Positions 41,302-54,659 of a stretch of DNA of 64,000 bases are shown here, in pieces (the stretch's first letter is position 1; every line of letters begins with the position of its first letter). The stretch covers positions 118,718-182,717 of the forward strand of contig NW_004797788.1 in assembly GCF_000002075.1 (NCBI RefSeq), in the 5' to 3' direction. The DNA comes from Aplysia californica (lineage: Eukaryota). The notes beneath the pieces were generated by a model, which searched no databases, was not told where the DNA came from, and saw nothing but the letters and a program-made list of their open reading frames with translations. A program made the translations under genes and the position numbers.

Positions 41302-41560
41302 CTCTTCATCAATGTCAATGTCATCCTCATTCTTCTCTTTTTGCCTTTTCACAAACTTGTCAATGACAGAGAACAGAGAGGGCGAGATGGCCTTGAAGTA
41401 TTTGTGGAAGCCCCACTTGACCGCCAGGGCAGCAAAGATATTGTTGTTGACCAGGGCCGAGCGCAAGTCTGTCAGTATACCAGGAGAATACTTCTGCGAG
41501 TCCTCATAGAGATGTCGGGTGATCACATAGTCTAGGATGGCATCTCCAAGGAACTCCACA
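41302..41560 (-). CDS. DICER1: Dicer-1 exon, RNase IIIb ([10 protein letters not shown])
   Basis: [20 protein letters not shown]...[15 protein letters not shown]. Confidence 0.97.
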
Positions 41561-42761
41561 CTACCAAGTTAGATAAACAGAAGGAAAAAAAATTTAATAT
41601 AAATCAGACTTTAGTAAGTATTTCAGCAGGATTATCACATCAAAGAAGCATAACTCACTTACTGCCACACCCAAAGTGTTTCAGATGAAATCGATAGAAA
41701 GGAGTACATATATTACTGAAACCCTTCGTTTTCTAGTTTCCTATTTATTTTTATTATTAGCTAATGTGTTTCTGGGCTGGTCTTCAAGGGTGCACACATG
41801 CAGTCTTTTATAAGTCGATTGAACGTTGTTTGAATTACACCCTTTGATAACTGAATAAAATTTTGATTTTTGTTGTGGAAATACATTATGGCATAATATC
41901 AACGAACCTTGCAACATTTTCGAACTGATGGACCTATATATTACATCAATAGGTCTGGTTGGATATAAACTTTTCTTGTGCTTGAAAAGGATGACAGCAA
42001 TGCTGACCCAAGTGTAGCAGAGGCTGGTTAAAGGCTGTAGGGATTCGTGGCTGTGAACTTAGACATCTAAATCCAGGCCCAGTTGTTTAATTTTCTTAAA
42101 GGACTTTTTTCTTCAAAATATTTTGACATATTTGCAAAAGATTACACTGAAAATTAACATTCAAGATATTATCTTTGAAATTTCTTTTGCATTTTGAAGT
42201 ATGTTTCACTGCCTTTTTGCACACCAAGTTTCATTATTGCGTGTTTATTAATAAGGTCACAATCATTCTTTTCAGTAGGTGTCAAAACACTTGGCCTTCT
42301 TCGGATGTGAAGTCATAAAATGCTCGCCTGCGAGTGAGTTAAAAGGAGATGACATGACCAACAAATGTTCAACCATTTTTGGGCATTTTAGAAAAGTACA
42401 TAATTATTCTTAGCTTCAAAACTGACAGTGGTGTCTCTGCAATATACATTATAAAGTAGTGGCAACAATCTGAGTCAAACAAAAGATACAACAAAACTTT
42501 GCAGTAATGAAAATAAGAATGCTCACCATGACTACATACATGCAAAATATACAAATGAGGAGTCGGGCTGCCTGTGTTTTAACCAACTCTTCCTGATTAA
42601 CAAGACAATTCACAGAATGGCTAACCTGAGAAGATAATGTAATAGCTTTTGTAGCTTCTCCCCCCCCCCCCCCCCGCCCCCCTTTCATAACTAGGGCCAA
42701 TAAGTCATCAGTCAAAGGTTATACACAAAGAGGCATTTTTCCCCACACACATTCCACCTAC

Positions 42762-42973
42762 CGCTGATAGCAGTCTGTGATGGTATTATAGTGGTACGAA
42801 GCGTGGGTGAAGGCCTGCAATAGATAGGAGCGGTCTTGGAACTTGTAACAGATCTTTTCCTCCAGCTCTTCAAAACCTTCCAGTAGATGATTGAGCTGAA
42901 CCATGTTCTCGGGGCTGCGGGAAAACATTGGCGATGGTGGGCAACGCAGTTCATCAAACTCTTGTTCAGAAAT
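42762..42973 (-). CDS. DICER1: Dicer-1 exon, RNase IIIb start (true frame absent from ORF track)
   Basis: Hand translation [17 protein letters not shown]...[39 protein letters not shown]. Confidence 0.95.
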
Positions 42974-43622
42974 CTGAAATAGATGGAAAAGAGAATTGGG
43001 GACCTAAGTTTGACTTTTATAACGCATGAACACTGTGCGAACATTGAAAAAAGAAACCATAATAAGCAGCGTCTGTATGAAACCCACTTTCAATCCATTA
43101 AGTCGGTGAAAAAGCAGAATTTTACCTAAATACCAGACCAGATAAAACAGAGTTGCGCTGGAAAACGTCACACGCACATGGAGGAGATAATAAGGAAATA
43201 AAAAATAATATTCAGGATGACAAATCAAGGTTTTTTAAGAACATCCAAGCAGAGAAACAAGTGGCAAATCATGATCACAGATGCCTGTTTCAGGTGTGGC
43301 ACTCCCTGATGATGATGGATGGGACTGTACCATTCAGTAGAAATGTAGAAATGAAAATGATGGGATTTAATTGAGAAGCGCATACTGTCATTTTTAAAAA
43401 ATCTGAACAGTAACGAGGAAAAATTGCACCTCACTGGTATTTCTTTACAAATCTCAGGCAGATTGGAATTTTTCATATGTTTAAGGCAAAACCCAAGCTC
43501 CACATGGCTTTTCGGTACCCTGATACAGTGACATGTAAGGACTCATATCCTCATATCATTACATCGAAGTTTAATAGAACATATGTCCACCAAGCAAACC
43601 CAATAAAAGCAAATTCTCTCAC

Positions 43623-43984
43623 CTGCTGCCAGGAGGTCTTCCCTTGTCTCCCTTCTCCAGACTTCTTGAGATCGGCGTCTCCCTTCTCACTGCTGCCTCT
43701 CTTCTTTTTGGGAAGAACCTTCAAGCCCAGCCAAGACATAAACATGAGGGCAGCCTTCCTGCCACAAGTGGTGAGATAGCAGCCAATGAGTGCCTCCACA
43801 CAATCGGCCACACTCTTGTCCGGCAGCCCGTGGTGACGCTGCAGGCTGTACGGGGTGAGCACGGCCGGCCCAGCCCCCTCTAGGTCCTCACGCTGCTCTG
43901 CCTCCTGGCTCTGTTCTATCCACTGCAGCTCCTTCTCAAACTGAGCTGTCTCGTCCGGCCGGGCCGAGCCTGATACCTTACCAC
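43623..43984 (-). CDS. DICER1: Dicer-1 exon, RNase IIIa second half ([16 protein letters not shown])
   Basis: [48 protein letters not shown]; acceptor 43984 (43969 is an in-phase alternative). Confidence 0.9.
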
Positions 43985-44047
43985 CTGGAAGTGGTTCGGG
44001 GGCGGGGGCAGGGGCAGACACACAGAACATCAGTGTTGATATTTTAA

Positions 44048-44222
44048 TGTTTTAGTGAGAGTTTTACGTACTTGAAAGACAAATACGTCATATACGTGCA
44101 GAAGATTAGAAATGTTACTTCTAGAGAGTAACATACAAAGAAAAGATGGAGGGATAAGGATGATGAATGTTTGGTGAGAAAGAAGAATAAAAACCACATC
44201 AGAGCACACACCAACCACCTGC
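44048..44222 (-). mobile_element. Family A copy, full length, diverged
   Basis: gttttagtgagagttttacgtacttg...agagagtaacatacaaag...aaaaccacatcagagcacacaccaaccacc. Confidence 0.78.
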
Positions 44223-45158
44223 AGTGTGGGTTTGAAAACACCATCAAATCACAAATCCTACAGTAAGGGAACTAACAGAAAGGGGATCACAGAAGGCCTG
44301 TCCACTGAACAAAGGTTGCACATTTGATAGGATGAACACAGTTATCAACATAAGTACACATAATTTATCTGTTACCCTATTGGTTTTCATATTTGTGCAA
44401 TAAATAAATACGAAAAATCTTATCATTGCGTTGAGAGGAATGTTCATGTAATTTTTAAAAAGCCAAGAATAAATGAGCTGAACTTGAAAGGGTCGTGTCG
44501 TCTGCTTCCCGTCTATCATAGATTGGTTTAAACAACCAAAATTAAGCATTTCAACAACAAATTATTGAGAGAATCAATTTGAGTGCTCAAAAATATTACT
44601 GACAAGACTTTAATTTAGATATCTTCAGACTTTTTAAAAAATCTATCAATGACTGATTGTTTCAGAACACCTTGATGTCATAATTACATTAGTTTACTTT
44701 ATTAATGCAGTGCCTGGTATTTCAGAGCTTAGCTCCAACTTACCATTTAATTTTAATGACATAGTATTTTTTATCATCAAAATAACATATTACCTTAGAA
44801 ACATTTTTTTAAAGTATATTTTAAACCCAAAATAAAATATAAGATTCATCCCTAAGGCGTTGATGTTGTCAATCCCAACATTTAAAAAACAATATTAATT
44901 CGGCCTGTACCTATCATTTTTGGTTTTGAGTCATCTTCATGACGGCCCTCCCGTAAGTGTATATAAATCATGTTGCAATATTGAATATGAACTTTTTATG
45001 AGTATGAAACAAAAAGAAAAGGATACAGTGGGAAAGAGTTTAATATGTACACAAGCAAAAAATGCAATGAACAAAGAAAAATTGCAAATGACATAATCAA
45101 AGTCACAAGTAAGATCTTAGGATTACATTTTTCAAAACAAAACCAAATTTAAGGTTAG

Positions 45159-48100
45159 CAGACCTGCCACTCTATGAAATCTAAAAATCAGGATTTTAGA
45201 GTTTAAAAAATCAGGATCTGGTGAAAAAAATCGGGATCAATGGCAAATCAGTCATAAGGGGCACTGGGGAAGGGGGGGGGTCCTGGTTCCCTTTTATGAG
45301 GCAAGTATGTAAGACAAAACTTTTGCAGGAATAAGTTTTCTAAATCGAGAGAAAACTGAAAGACAGCATTATTATATGTAATCGAGTCGGGAGTTAGATA
45401 GACTGGGGGAGCGCAGGTTGCAGTAAAACTGAAACTCTCGTAGTCTTGAAAATAGCTGACACATAACTCTAATCATCCATGCAAAAAGCCCACGTTCTAA
45501 TACAGTAACAACGTTTGACTTCCAACGCATATACACTCAAGGCACCCCCCCGAAAAAGAGATTGCGCCAAGGTTGTTCATTTATTTTTTCTTCTTATTCC
45601 TTTCCCCTCAATTAGTACTTGTATCAGGGCACGCACTTTAAGCCCAAGTGTAAAGAAAATACCCCCACCCCCTCCCCCCGGTCGTCCCATACTGGTTAAG
45701 TCCTGAAAACACCTCGACCAATGCGACTGGTGTGAATGAACTTTGTTGACCCGACAACCGACGGTCCCCGACACACGCGCTACTTACACGTACGGGGTCA
45801 TGTCACGTGATGCGAATGAGCATTTGAAAGTTTCACTGACAGGTCTTGATGAAGGGCCCAACTAACGAAAACTTAGACGAAGCTTGCTTTTAAAGCTACG
45901 GCAAAACAACGAATAGATTATTCTTAGGCCCATGTCATAATTGTTACAGTAATCAGGACACCATCGGAGAATTCTGGGTTATAAAAGCGAAAGTAGATCT
46001 TGAGCGTATCCAAGTCGGAATTCAAAATCGATACTACGTCAGTTTTAATTGAAATAACGTGCGTGAGTCATCTACTAGATTCCGCATAGATGCTTTAGAA
46101 AAAGGAAGTTGTTAGGGGACTGGGGGACTGCAAAGAAACAACCTTTGACCTTTGGATCGAGGTCAACAAGCCATCATTGGACATATCTAGATTCTACTGA
46201 TTCATTATATCTAGATCTAGATCTACTTAAGTCAGTTAAGTTAATTAGTACGGTGGGAGAATCTAGATCTAGAGCCAAACACTGTTAATGTAAGGCGAAT
46301 TTATCATTTATGAAGACAGGTTTGTTGATCGATCCAGATCTAGATCTAGTTGTACTTACTTATGACATAGACTGTAGACTACACTTTTTCAATTAAAAAT
46401 TTGCAGTCTGTGTCTATAATATCTAGGCCTAGTAGTAGACTTAGTATTTGTATTACTAAAGATTCTCTACTTCCAAGGTACTGCAATCCTTCTTTCGGCT
46501 GGGTTAGAATACACCACATAATATTATTCTCACCCGCTTTTTTCGTTTCCGCCCTTTTTAGACCTAGAATCTAGATCTAGATCTAGGCCTAGATTTAGAT
46601 ATATTTCGCTTATGTTTTGAGTTTTTGTGCAGTCCCCTTAAAAGTTCCATTGCAATATCTTGGTAGTTGAGAATCTTTGGTATTACTATACTAGATCTAG
46701 ATCTAGATCTAGATCTAGGCCTAGATTTTAGATATTATAGACACAGACTGCAATTCTTTTAAGGAAGAGGCTAGCCGTACTTAATGACTGCTAGACTGGC
46801 AGTGTAGCCGTACTTATTTTTAATATGATGGCTAGACTGACCATTTTAAAAAAAAATAGGCCTACTGAATTGTAAATATAAATTTTTAGTGTGCAGTACC
46901 TAAAGTATTTGTATTTGAGACGAAACAAGGTGCCTTAATGACAGGGCATGTATTTTAAACCTCCCGTTTTCTAATGTTAATAGGGCCTAAGATAAGTACG
47001 AGTCTAGCCGTACTTAAGTACGACTAGACTTCTTGGCTAGCCGTACTAGACTGAGAGTCTAGCCGTACTTAAGGATGGCTAGACTGTCAGTCTAGCTGTA
47101 CTTAATATTGATGGCTGAATTGTAAATGAAATTTTTGGTTTGCAATGCCTAAAGTATTTGTATTTCAGACAAAACCAAAAGGTGCCTACTGACTTGCATG
47201 TATTTGAACCTGAATAATTACTAGATCTAGATCTAATGAGACCTGTGTACTTAACAGGCTTGAGTCGATAGGGCCAAACCTAGATCTAAGTACGGCTAGA
47301 CTGGCAGGCAGTCTAGCCGTACTTACGGCTAGCCATTTCGTTCTTTTAAATTAAAAAAGTGTAGGCCTACCATATAGTGTAGTCTATAACGTCTAAAGTC
47401 ATAAGTAGTACTACTACTAGATTCTAGATCTAGATCTAGAATCTAGATCTTATCTAGATAGATCCAATTCTAGATCAACAAACCTGTCGACATAAATTAT
47501 AAATTACCCTTAAATAAACCGTGTTTGGCTCTAGATTCTCCCACCACACCCATTACCGTAACAATTACTAGATCTATGTACTGTATCAGTAGGATCTAGA
47601 TCTGGATCTACATAGTACGAACTATTACGCTAGATCTACACTAGATTCTACGTCAATTCTACAGGATCAACAAACCTTTCGACATTCGCCTTTCACCAAA
47701 AACAATGGGTGACTCTACCATATGATACTCATTAATTTTTTCAAGCAGTACATCATAGCGGCCAAAAACATCGCCAACAGTCAAATCAGAAATCGTGTTG
47801 TCAATTAGTCAAGGGAGGAAATTTAAATGTTGTTGATGTCTAATGATGGCTTGTTGACCTTGATCCAAAGGTCATAGGTTGTTTCTTTGTAATCCCCCAG
47901 TGCCAAAAGCAGCGCTACGGGGCTGTACAGTCCCCGAGTAGGTAGCGCTAACAACTTCCTTAGAAAATAGCGTACCAAGTTCCTGCTGATAAGAAGTCCA
48001 ATCGGTGCTTCCAAACAAAAGAGATTGCAGAACGTTTTTTATTTTTTTCTGAGAAATGGATGCAACAGACGCAACAACAAAAAATCAGGATACTGGTGAT

Positions 48101-48183
48101 TGAAATCGGGAAAATCGGGATGCTTGAGATTTGGGGCAAAAAATCAGGATATCCCGATTAAATCGAGATGAGTGGCAGGTCTG
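45159..48183. mobile_element. 3.0-kb non-autonomous hAT-like element, 6-bp TSD, with internal foldback
   Basis: Perfect 14-bp TIR CAGACCTGCCACTC/GAGTGGCAGGTCTG; TSD ggttag at 45153-45158 and 48184-48189; subterminal aaatcRggat repeats. Confidence 0.9.
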
Positions 48184-48378
48184 GGTTAGTGACAAATCTT
48201 AAAAATAAGATTATGAAAAAGCTTGGCATTTCATTGGAATCAACCCTTCCAGTTTTCATTATTAAATTTCATTTTCATAGCAATCCAAGGACAAACTCAG
48301 ATGAATTCTGAGCACATACAACCAAGCACACACAGAAATGTAAACTTAGGCCACACTAAAGCTTAAATCTTTATGTAC

Positions 48379-48598
48379 CTGCACAAGATGCTTCATCCAC
48401 GCAGCAGTTTCGCACACTATTATTTTGCTTCAAGCCCGGAGTAACGATGACCACCTTTGGCACTGGTCCCCTCCTTCTGTCCTCATTGATGACAAAAGCT
48501 GGCGGAAGCCAGTTCTCATAGGGCTCAAACTTTGTGGACACCATGCCCTCAGCCACATGTTTCTTCCTGCCCAGCCGGTACAAATTGTAGTTACATAC
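48379..48598 (-). CDS. DICER1: Dicer-1 exon, RNase IIIa
   Basis: VCNYNLYRLGRKK...KFEPYENWLPP; the donor G|gtacat at 48379 fits phase but is less certain. Confidence 0.85.
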
Positions 48599-48774
48599 CT
48601 GAAAAGAGGGTAATTTTAGTGAGGATGCAAAAGCACAAAATAGAATCAAGGAAAGGCAAAACAAAAGCCACTAGTTTAAAAAAAAACCCTCATCACATTG
48701 ATTAAATAACATGAGGCACTCAACAAATTGACATAACCGGCCAGTTTTCCAATATTTTCATGATAATTAATTAA

Positions 48775-49624
48775 CTCTTATCCTGCGTCTGTGCCCAGAT
48801 GTGTATCTTATCAGCAACCGATTACGTCGGACGTGCCGGGCAGGCCGCCGGGGTCACTCAGTGTGTACTGTTGGTGTACAGCGTGCGCGCCGGGAAACGT
48901 GTGTTTTCGCCATGAATACCGCGGGAGTGTGTTAACTGATGATGAAAATAACGCTCTATCTTTCATAGCTTTCTATTTATAAAGTGTTACAAACACATGA
49001 ATAACCCCCTCTCACAAGCTGATAAGACATTATGAGTAGTTACGCCCATTTGAATAATCTTTCTGGACGCTCTTGTTGTTATGAATGACCTGAGGTTCGA
49101 AAGGGGATAATTTAGGTCAATTTCCGAATGTTTTACACTCAAATTGTTCTTTGTACCTGCACAAGGGTATTCAAAACTATCAAACAAGCTTATTTTTTAT
49201 CAGGTAGTATCATTTCATACAAAATCAAGAGCTCATTTGAAATATTTTGTATAGAAAAATGATAGTCTTGTTTCCCGACTATCCTTTCGAGCTTCTCATG
49301 TCTAAGTGGGTCAATTTCTTCTATAATTTCATTGGACGAACATCTAGAGCTATCAACTTGGCATGTTTTGAATGAGACGTATGCCTCGATTACGAACCAA
49401 CGCAGGTGGTTCTAGAAGAAGGCCACAAACGCACACAAACTCAAGCAGACTGACGAACACACACTTGACCTGCGTGAATGGGGATCCGACTCGGGACCCG
49501 AATGACACGTAAGAGGATGCGCGTGCGCTGAGCCAGGAGCTACACTGATTCGGGACCAGAACGCAGGCGAGGTGCCGAAATAGGCTTATCGGGCTACATA
49601 AACCCGGCTCCCGCAGGATGAGGG
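48775..49624. mobile_element. piggyBac-like MITE
   Basis: TTAA-CTCTTATCCTGCG start and CGCAGGATGAGGG-TTAA end. Confidence 0.78.
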
Positions 49625-49890
49625 TTAAAACAAAAAATGCCAGGAGAACTGGTGAATCAGAGAGGTAAAACTGAACCACTATTACCTGACCTCCGTTAGC
49701 CCTGTTAAATGTGATGCTCAAAAAGAGAGGACTGAAAATAAAAAGCTTCTAGGTGCTATTACAAAAACAAATGGGCACAACAGAATTTTTCCAAATATTT
49801 CACTATCTTTACGTGATCAGTGAAAGGGAAACTCAAATGATCTAAGAATCCTGATGCCTTTATAGAAGAAATAAGAAGCAATGCACTGAC

Positions 49891-52768
49891 TTGTTTACTC
49901 CTGAGATAGCTGAGCGTGCCCTCGTGAATGCCAGGATAAGAGCAGTAGAGGTAGACAGTGATCGCGTACTTGAGGAAGGAGTCTCCAATAGTTTCCAGCC
50001 TCTCCAGACTGAAGAAATCATTGGCATTGGACATGGTCAGTGCCTGCAAGATGAGGCATGGGCTGGGGCCCACAAATGTCTTCAGATCACGATCAGCATC
50101 CAGACTTACAGACAGCAAACCATTAGCACAGTAGTTTGCCACCGGTATCCAAACGCTTGGTTTTCTCGGAGGAAGTAAGCAATCCTCACGCAGAGGCTGA
50201 GCCTCATTATGCTTGTCCTTTGAGGCCAACACTTTAGAGTTTTTGTTGGAATTCCAAACTCCAATGTGAAATTCTTTCACCCCATTGGTCCCTGCTCCTA
50301 CTTTGCTAGCAGTTAGTTTAAAAGCACTGCAGTTTGTCCCCTTGTTAGTTTCATCAAGGGTTTTTGTGTTTGGTGGAGACGATTCTGAGCTATGACTGTT
50401 GCCTTTGTCATTGGACCCTTGATGGGAATGTGGAGAGAACATCTTATAATCAGTGTCTTTGCTTGAAGGAGCCTTGGCATCAAATGAAAATTTTATGACA
50501 TCTGAATCATTGGCTTGGGAGCCTAACACGTCATCAGACTGAGTAGCTGGATCTACAGAGGAAAAATCCTTTTCATTCTTTCTGCTGTACTTTTCATCTT
50601 CTTCCAAGTTTTTCTGAGTCTGCCGTGCTTTGGCGTCTGGCTGTGAGCCTTGATGACATCCTTGTTTAGACGGAGGCTCTTTCCACTCTGCACTAGCCCA
50701 GCCACATGGCTGCTCCTGGAATGTTTCTGAAGTGCTTGCCTGAGGGCAGACGAGATCAATGTCAAGGTCACTCAGTTCCTGGCCAAGAGTATTCATTACT
50801 ATTGCAGGGTCAGCTTCATGCACCCGTGGACTGAGAGGGACGCCAGTACTTTTCAGATTCCCATCTCCAGCAAGAACACCGGCCCCATCTTGACTAGTAC
50901 CTTGGGCTTTGCGCTCAATTTTGGCAGCTGGGATATGGTCCTGAGTCGAGCTTGGGACAGTAGTAATACTAGCATCAGCCTGAGAAGGGTGATTATTTTC
51001 AGCATTCTTTTCTCCCAACAAAACATGACAATCGGTGACTTCCTCAGACAAAAGGCCAGCATGGTGAGGTTGAGATGGGTGGTCTTTATCATCAGAATGT
51101 AGAAGACAGCTGTGGTGTGGGCTGCTTGCATGGACCATATCACAGCGGTTAATGCCTGGCGGGCACAGCTCCCCATGATCAGCCGAGGCTAAGGCAGACT
51201 GTGCATCAGCAGCAACCAGACTGGTGCTCGGGAGCGCACTGACCACACAGTCGGATGTTTCACAACCAAGAAGGGCCTGAGAAGAGCTGGGGCAGGGCAC
51301 GGCTGCGAGGGGTTTCCCCTCTGTGTTAACATGTTCTTTTGAGCTCTGTCCCGCTTGCACTTTGTGATTACGGAGATGAACTTTATGATCAGACTGATGA
51401 TTACAGTTGGGCAGATCAGGATCCCCACCTTCAGCTATCTCAGCGGGAAGTGAAAGAGCAACATGTGAACTCTCTCTATCCTCATCCACAGGTACAGGTG
51501 AAACCATCTTCACCACTGTGGTAGAATCATTTGTGCTGTTTTGAGAGGTTTTTGATAGCAAGTTAGATGATGTTACAGGTAAACTGACTGATGACAATGA
51601 AGGTGATGAACAAGGCAATGATGTATTTGTTGCATCAATTATAGCACCAATTGAACCGGGCACATTTTGAGAGATAAAACATGGCTCATTGCTTGCAATA
51701 TGACCTGGCAGCTCCCCTAGGTCAGGGGGACATTCAATGGAACTATGGCATTTGCTGCTTGAGGTGGAATTTTGATGATTGGACTGAGAGTGTGGCAAGG
51801 TTGACAATGTGGTATATTCATTTATCACAGACGAGGTAGAATCAAAGTTGTTGCAGCTGTTTGTGCTGCCTTCTGTCTTCACATCCACAGATGAGCAACA
51901 AACAGTAGGCTGCTTTCCTTCGGGGCTATAAATATTGCATTGAGCTGAGTTGATGTATCGCGATGCCACTGGAATACAATTGCTTTTCACATCTTGGTTC
52001 ACAATCTCCTCTCTTTTTACATTTTTTATTTCATTGCACGAAATATCAGAAAGTTTTTTCTCAGCAGTTTCAACACACAATGAACTTTTCTCTTTGTTAA
52101 TCATGTTCAGTGACTTGTGGTTGGCTTCACTCTCCAGCGTTTGGGACCCATGATCAAGACTCACTATGTTCGAGTCGGATCCCGAAGACACTATTCCCGA
52201 GTCGCTGTCAGAAGAAGCAGAGGAATCAACTTTCTCTTTGACGTTTTTTACATCTCGTCCCAAATCACTTTCATCGTGACCCGATTCCACTGCTCCTTTT
52301 ACATCTTCATTCTCACTGCCAGAAGTGACTTCTGCGGCATCATCTGGTGGTGTTTCAACATAAGTGTCATCACCCGCTTCTTTCGAGTCACCATCAACAG
52401 AAACTTTCTGGTCTACGCAGCTTTCATCATTCTTTTCACCGTCATTACTGTCTGGCCCTTTCAATTTTTCAGGATTTGTCTCAAAGCCAAAATCAAGTTG
52501 AGGGAACTGGAATCCCAGTGGCAGATTCTCCACCCCTACTCCGGTCTCCCTGGCAATTTTTCTGCGCAGCTCCTCCGCCAACAGGAGAGAGTTTGTCCTG
52601 TACAAGATGGCAGGCAGGCACACTGTCTTCCGCCATAGAGAGGCCGGGAAAACATGGACATCACACAACTCCGGCACCAGGATCTGCTTCTGCTGCAGGT
52701 TTTCCCTTCTGGCCCGTTTTGTCTCTGCACTACTGGTGGGCAGCGCAACACCTTTCTGGTTCATATAT
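49891..52768 (-). CDS. DICER1: Dicer-1 giant exon (2878 nt): PAZ end, connector helix, ~800-aa disordered insert, RNase IIIa start
   Basis: YMNQKGVALPTSS...QKQILVPELC...CLPAILYR at the start and GPSPCLILQALTMSNAND...ERLETIGDSFLK...HEG at the end, in one open frame; cag|A and CAA|gtcagt. Confidence 0.93.
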
Positions 52769-53949
52769 CTGGGAAGGGACAGAAAAATGGAAACACAACG
52801 AATCATTAAAACTTTCTCATTATAGGTAGGCATCAGACAGACAAAAAAAGTGGTACACCGTCACACCTGAGCTATAATTTCATTTTTTTTAAAACAACCC
52901 AGAAGAAACAAATACACATGGTCATCTATATCATGGCATTTGGGTAAGAGCTAGGGGAGACATAAGAGTACACAGTAACTTCATTTGTTTCTGGTCACAT
53001 ACGAGAGCTCAACAGAAACAATATCAATATGTTTCTTACTATTTTTTTTTTGGCAATCCAAGTATGTCTTACTCCTTAGATGACTTTTTTGAACGAACAC
53101 ATACAGTAAAAAATATCTGACTACTTATAACTTTAAATGAAACCATTAAAAAAAACCCAAAACAAACAAGCTTTGCTTCAGGTAAACAACAATGTCACAA
53201 TGTCTCTGAACTCTGTAAGTTTTTAAAAAAGCTTGAAACATCACATAGCACACCACAAAGCTGCTACATCTATAGCTTGCTCACTTTCATCTGTCCACTT
53301 GAAATTCTTGCTTATTTATCAATTTACCAATTCATACCAAACTTTGCATTGCACTCCTGTTGATCAGCGACCAACAAACATATATATTTTAAAAACCTTG
53401 ATCCGTGTAATAAAAAAGTTTCTTTTTTTAAACACCGCCCTTCACGTGCAGAGACAAGATCACCACAACAAATGATTTTCAATAATTTTGCTTACAAATT
53501 GCTCATTTTGAGATAATGACTCTACTCTACCCCTACATTTCAGTGTAAATTTGTCAAATTCATCCCAAGACGCATTAAGACATCTCCATATGAGTCTCGA
53601 AAAGTTCTCAAACGTCTGTTGGAGCATATTGTAAAGGCATGTGCAAAAGTTTGAGGTTGACAAAATTGGGTAAACTTTTTAAAGTTTTAAATATGTGCTG
53701 TACATCTCCATTATTTTTCCCCCCGCTTTGGGATCACATGAAAGAAAACATGTCACAACCATAGTTTGCTGTGACCTTCATTACCAGGGGTTTAGATTCT
53801 GATGGTCATTCAACTTTTAGACCCACATACAAAGACATGAAAAGACTAAATAGAGCGATTTGTTTCTATCTAGTTTTACCCACGAACAGACAAAACTGAA
53901 CACACTATACAAGTGATGCACATCCTACCCACAGCCTTATTCCACTGAC

Positions 53950-54050
53950 CTTGGGGTTAGGAGGTTAAGCCTGGCAGAAGTATGGTCCACGTCCAGTAGG
54001 GGCTGCTCAGTGTTGGTGATCACTAGGCCATACTTGGTGCTGTAGTAGTC
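53950..54050 (-). CDS. DICER1: Dicer-1 exon, PAZ domain
   Basis: [34 protein letters not shown]; donor AG|gtcagt. Confidence 0.96.
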
Positions 54051-54402
54051 CTGTAACAAAGGGTTACCAATTAGTTTTGGTAATAATTTTACAGCACTTA
54101 AAACACCCCGAAATGTTTTGAGTGACACAAAAATGATTTAAGAAAACAAAAAGCCAATCACTGAGTTTATACACAAAAAGTTTCAAAGCAGTTGTTTAAA
54201 AATCAAAGTCAATTTTTAAATTGTTAGTGACAGGAGAACGTAGAGTCAGATACTGAGAATAAATTTATTTTACTGCGGGAAGATTTTCTTCAAACTTATA
54301 CAAACTGGGCCCACTAGGGAAAGGAACCTTTTTCCCCACAATGTAAAAGACTAGAAACAACGCTGTTAGGTACTTGGCAAATAGGGACCATAAATGGCTC
54401 AC

Positions 54403-54659
54403 CTGGAATGTTTTGTACAGTTCCGGAGATGGAAAAGAGCTGAGTGGGTTCAAATCCTGTCGAATTTCAGCAACATAAAAGTGTTGAGGCTGGTCAATGT
54501 TGCGATATGAAGGCATGACAACAGCATCCTTGAAGTCCTCAACATCAAAAGTAAATGATTCTTTCTTCTTCTGCTTGTTGAAACTTCCTTTTTTCTCCAT
54601 CTGCATGAAATGGATCACCTTTTCCACAAAACTCCACTCGATTGTGAGATCTTGACTCC
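54403..54659 (-). CDS. DICER1: Dicer-1 exon, PAZ domain start
   Basis: DAVVMPSYRNIDQPQHFYVAEI...PLSSFPSPELYKTFQ; tag|GG and CAG|gtgagc. Confidence 0.95.

Noticed and set aside
49891-52829. Antisense and alternative-frame ORFs over the giant Dicer exon
   Set aside because: Shadow ORFs of a higher-GC coding exon with no recognisable motifs.
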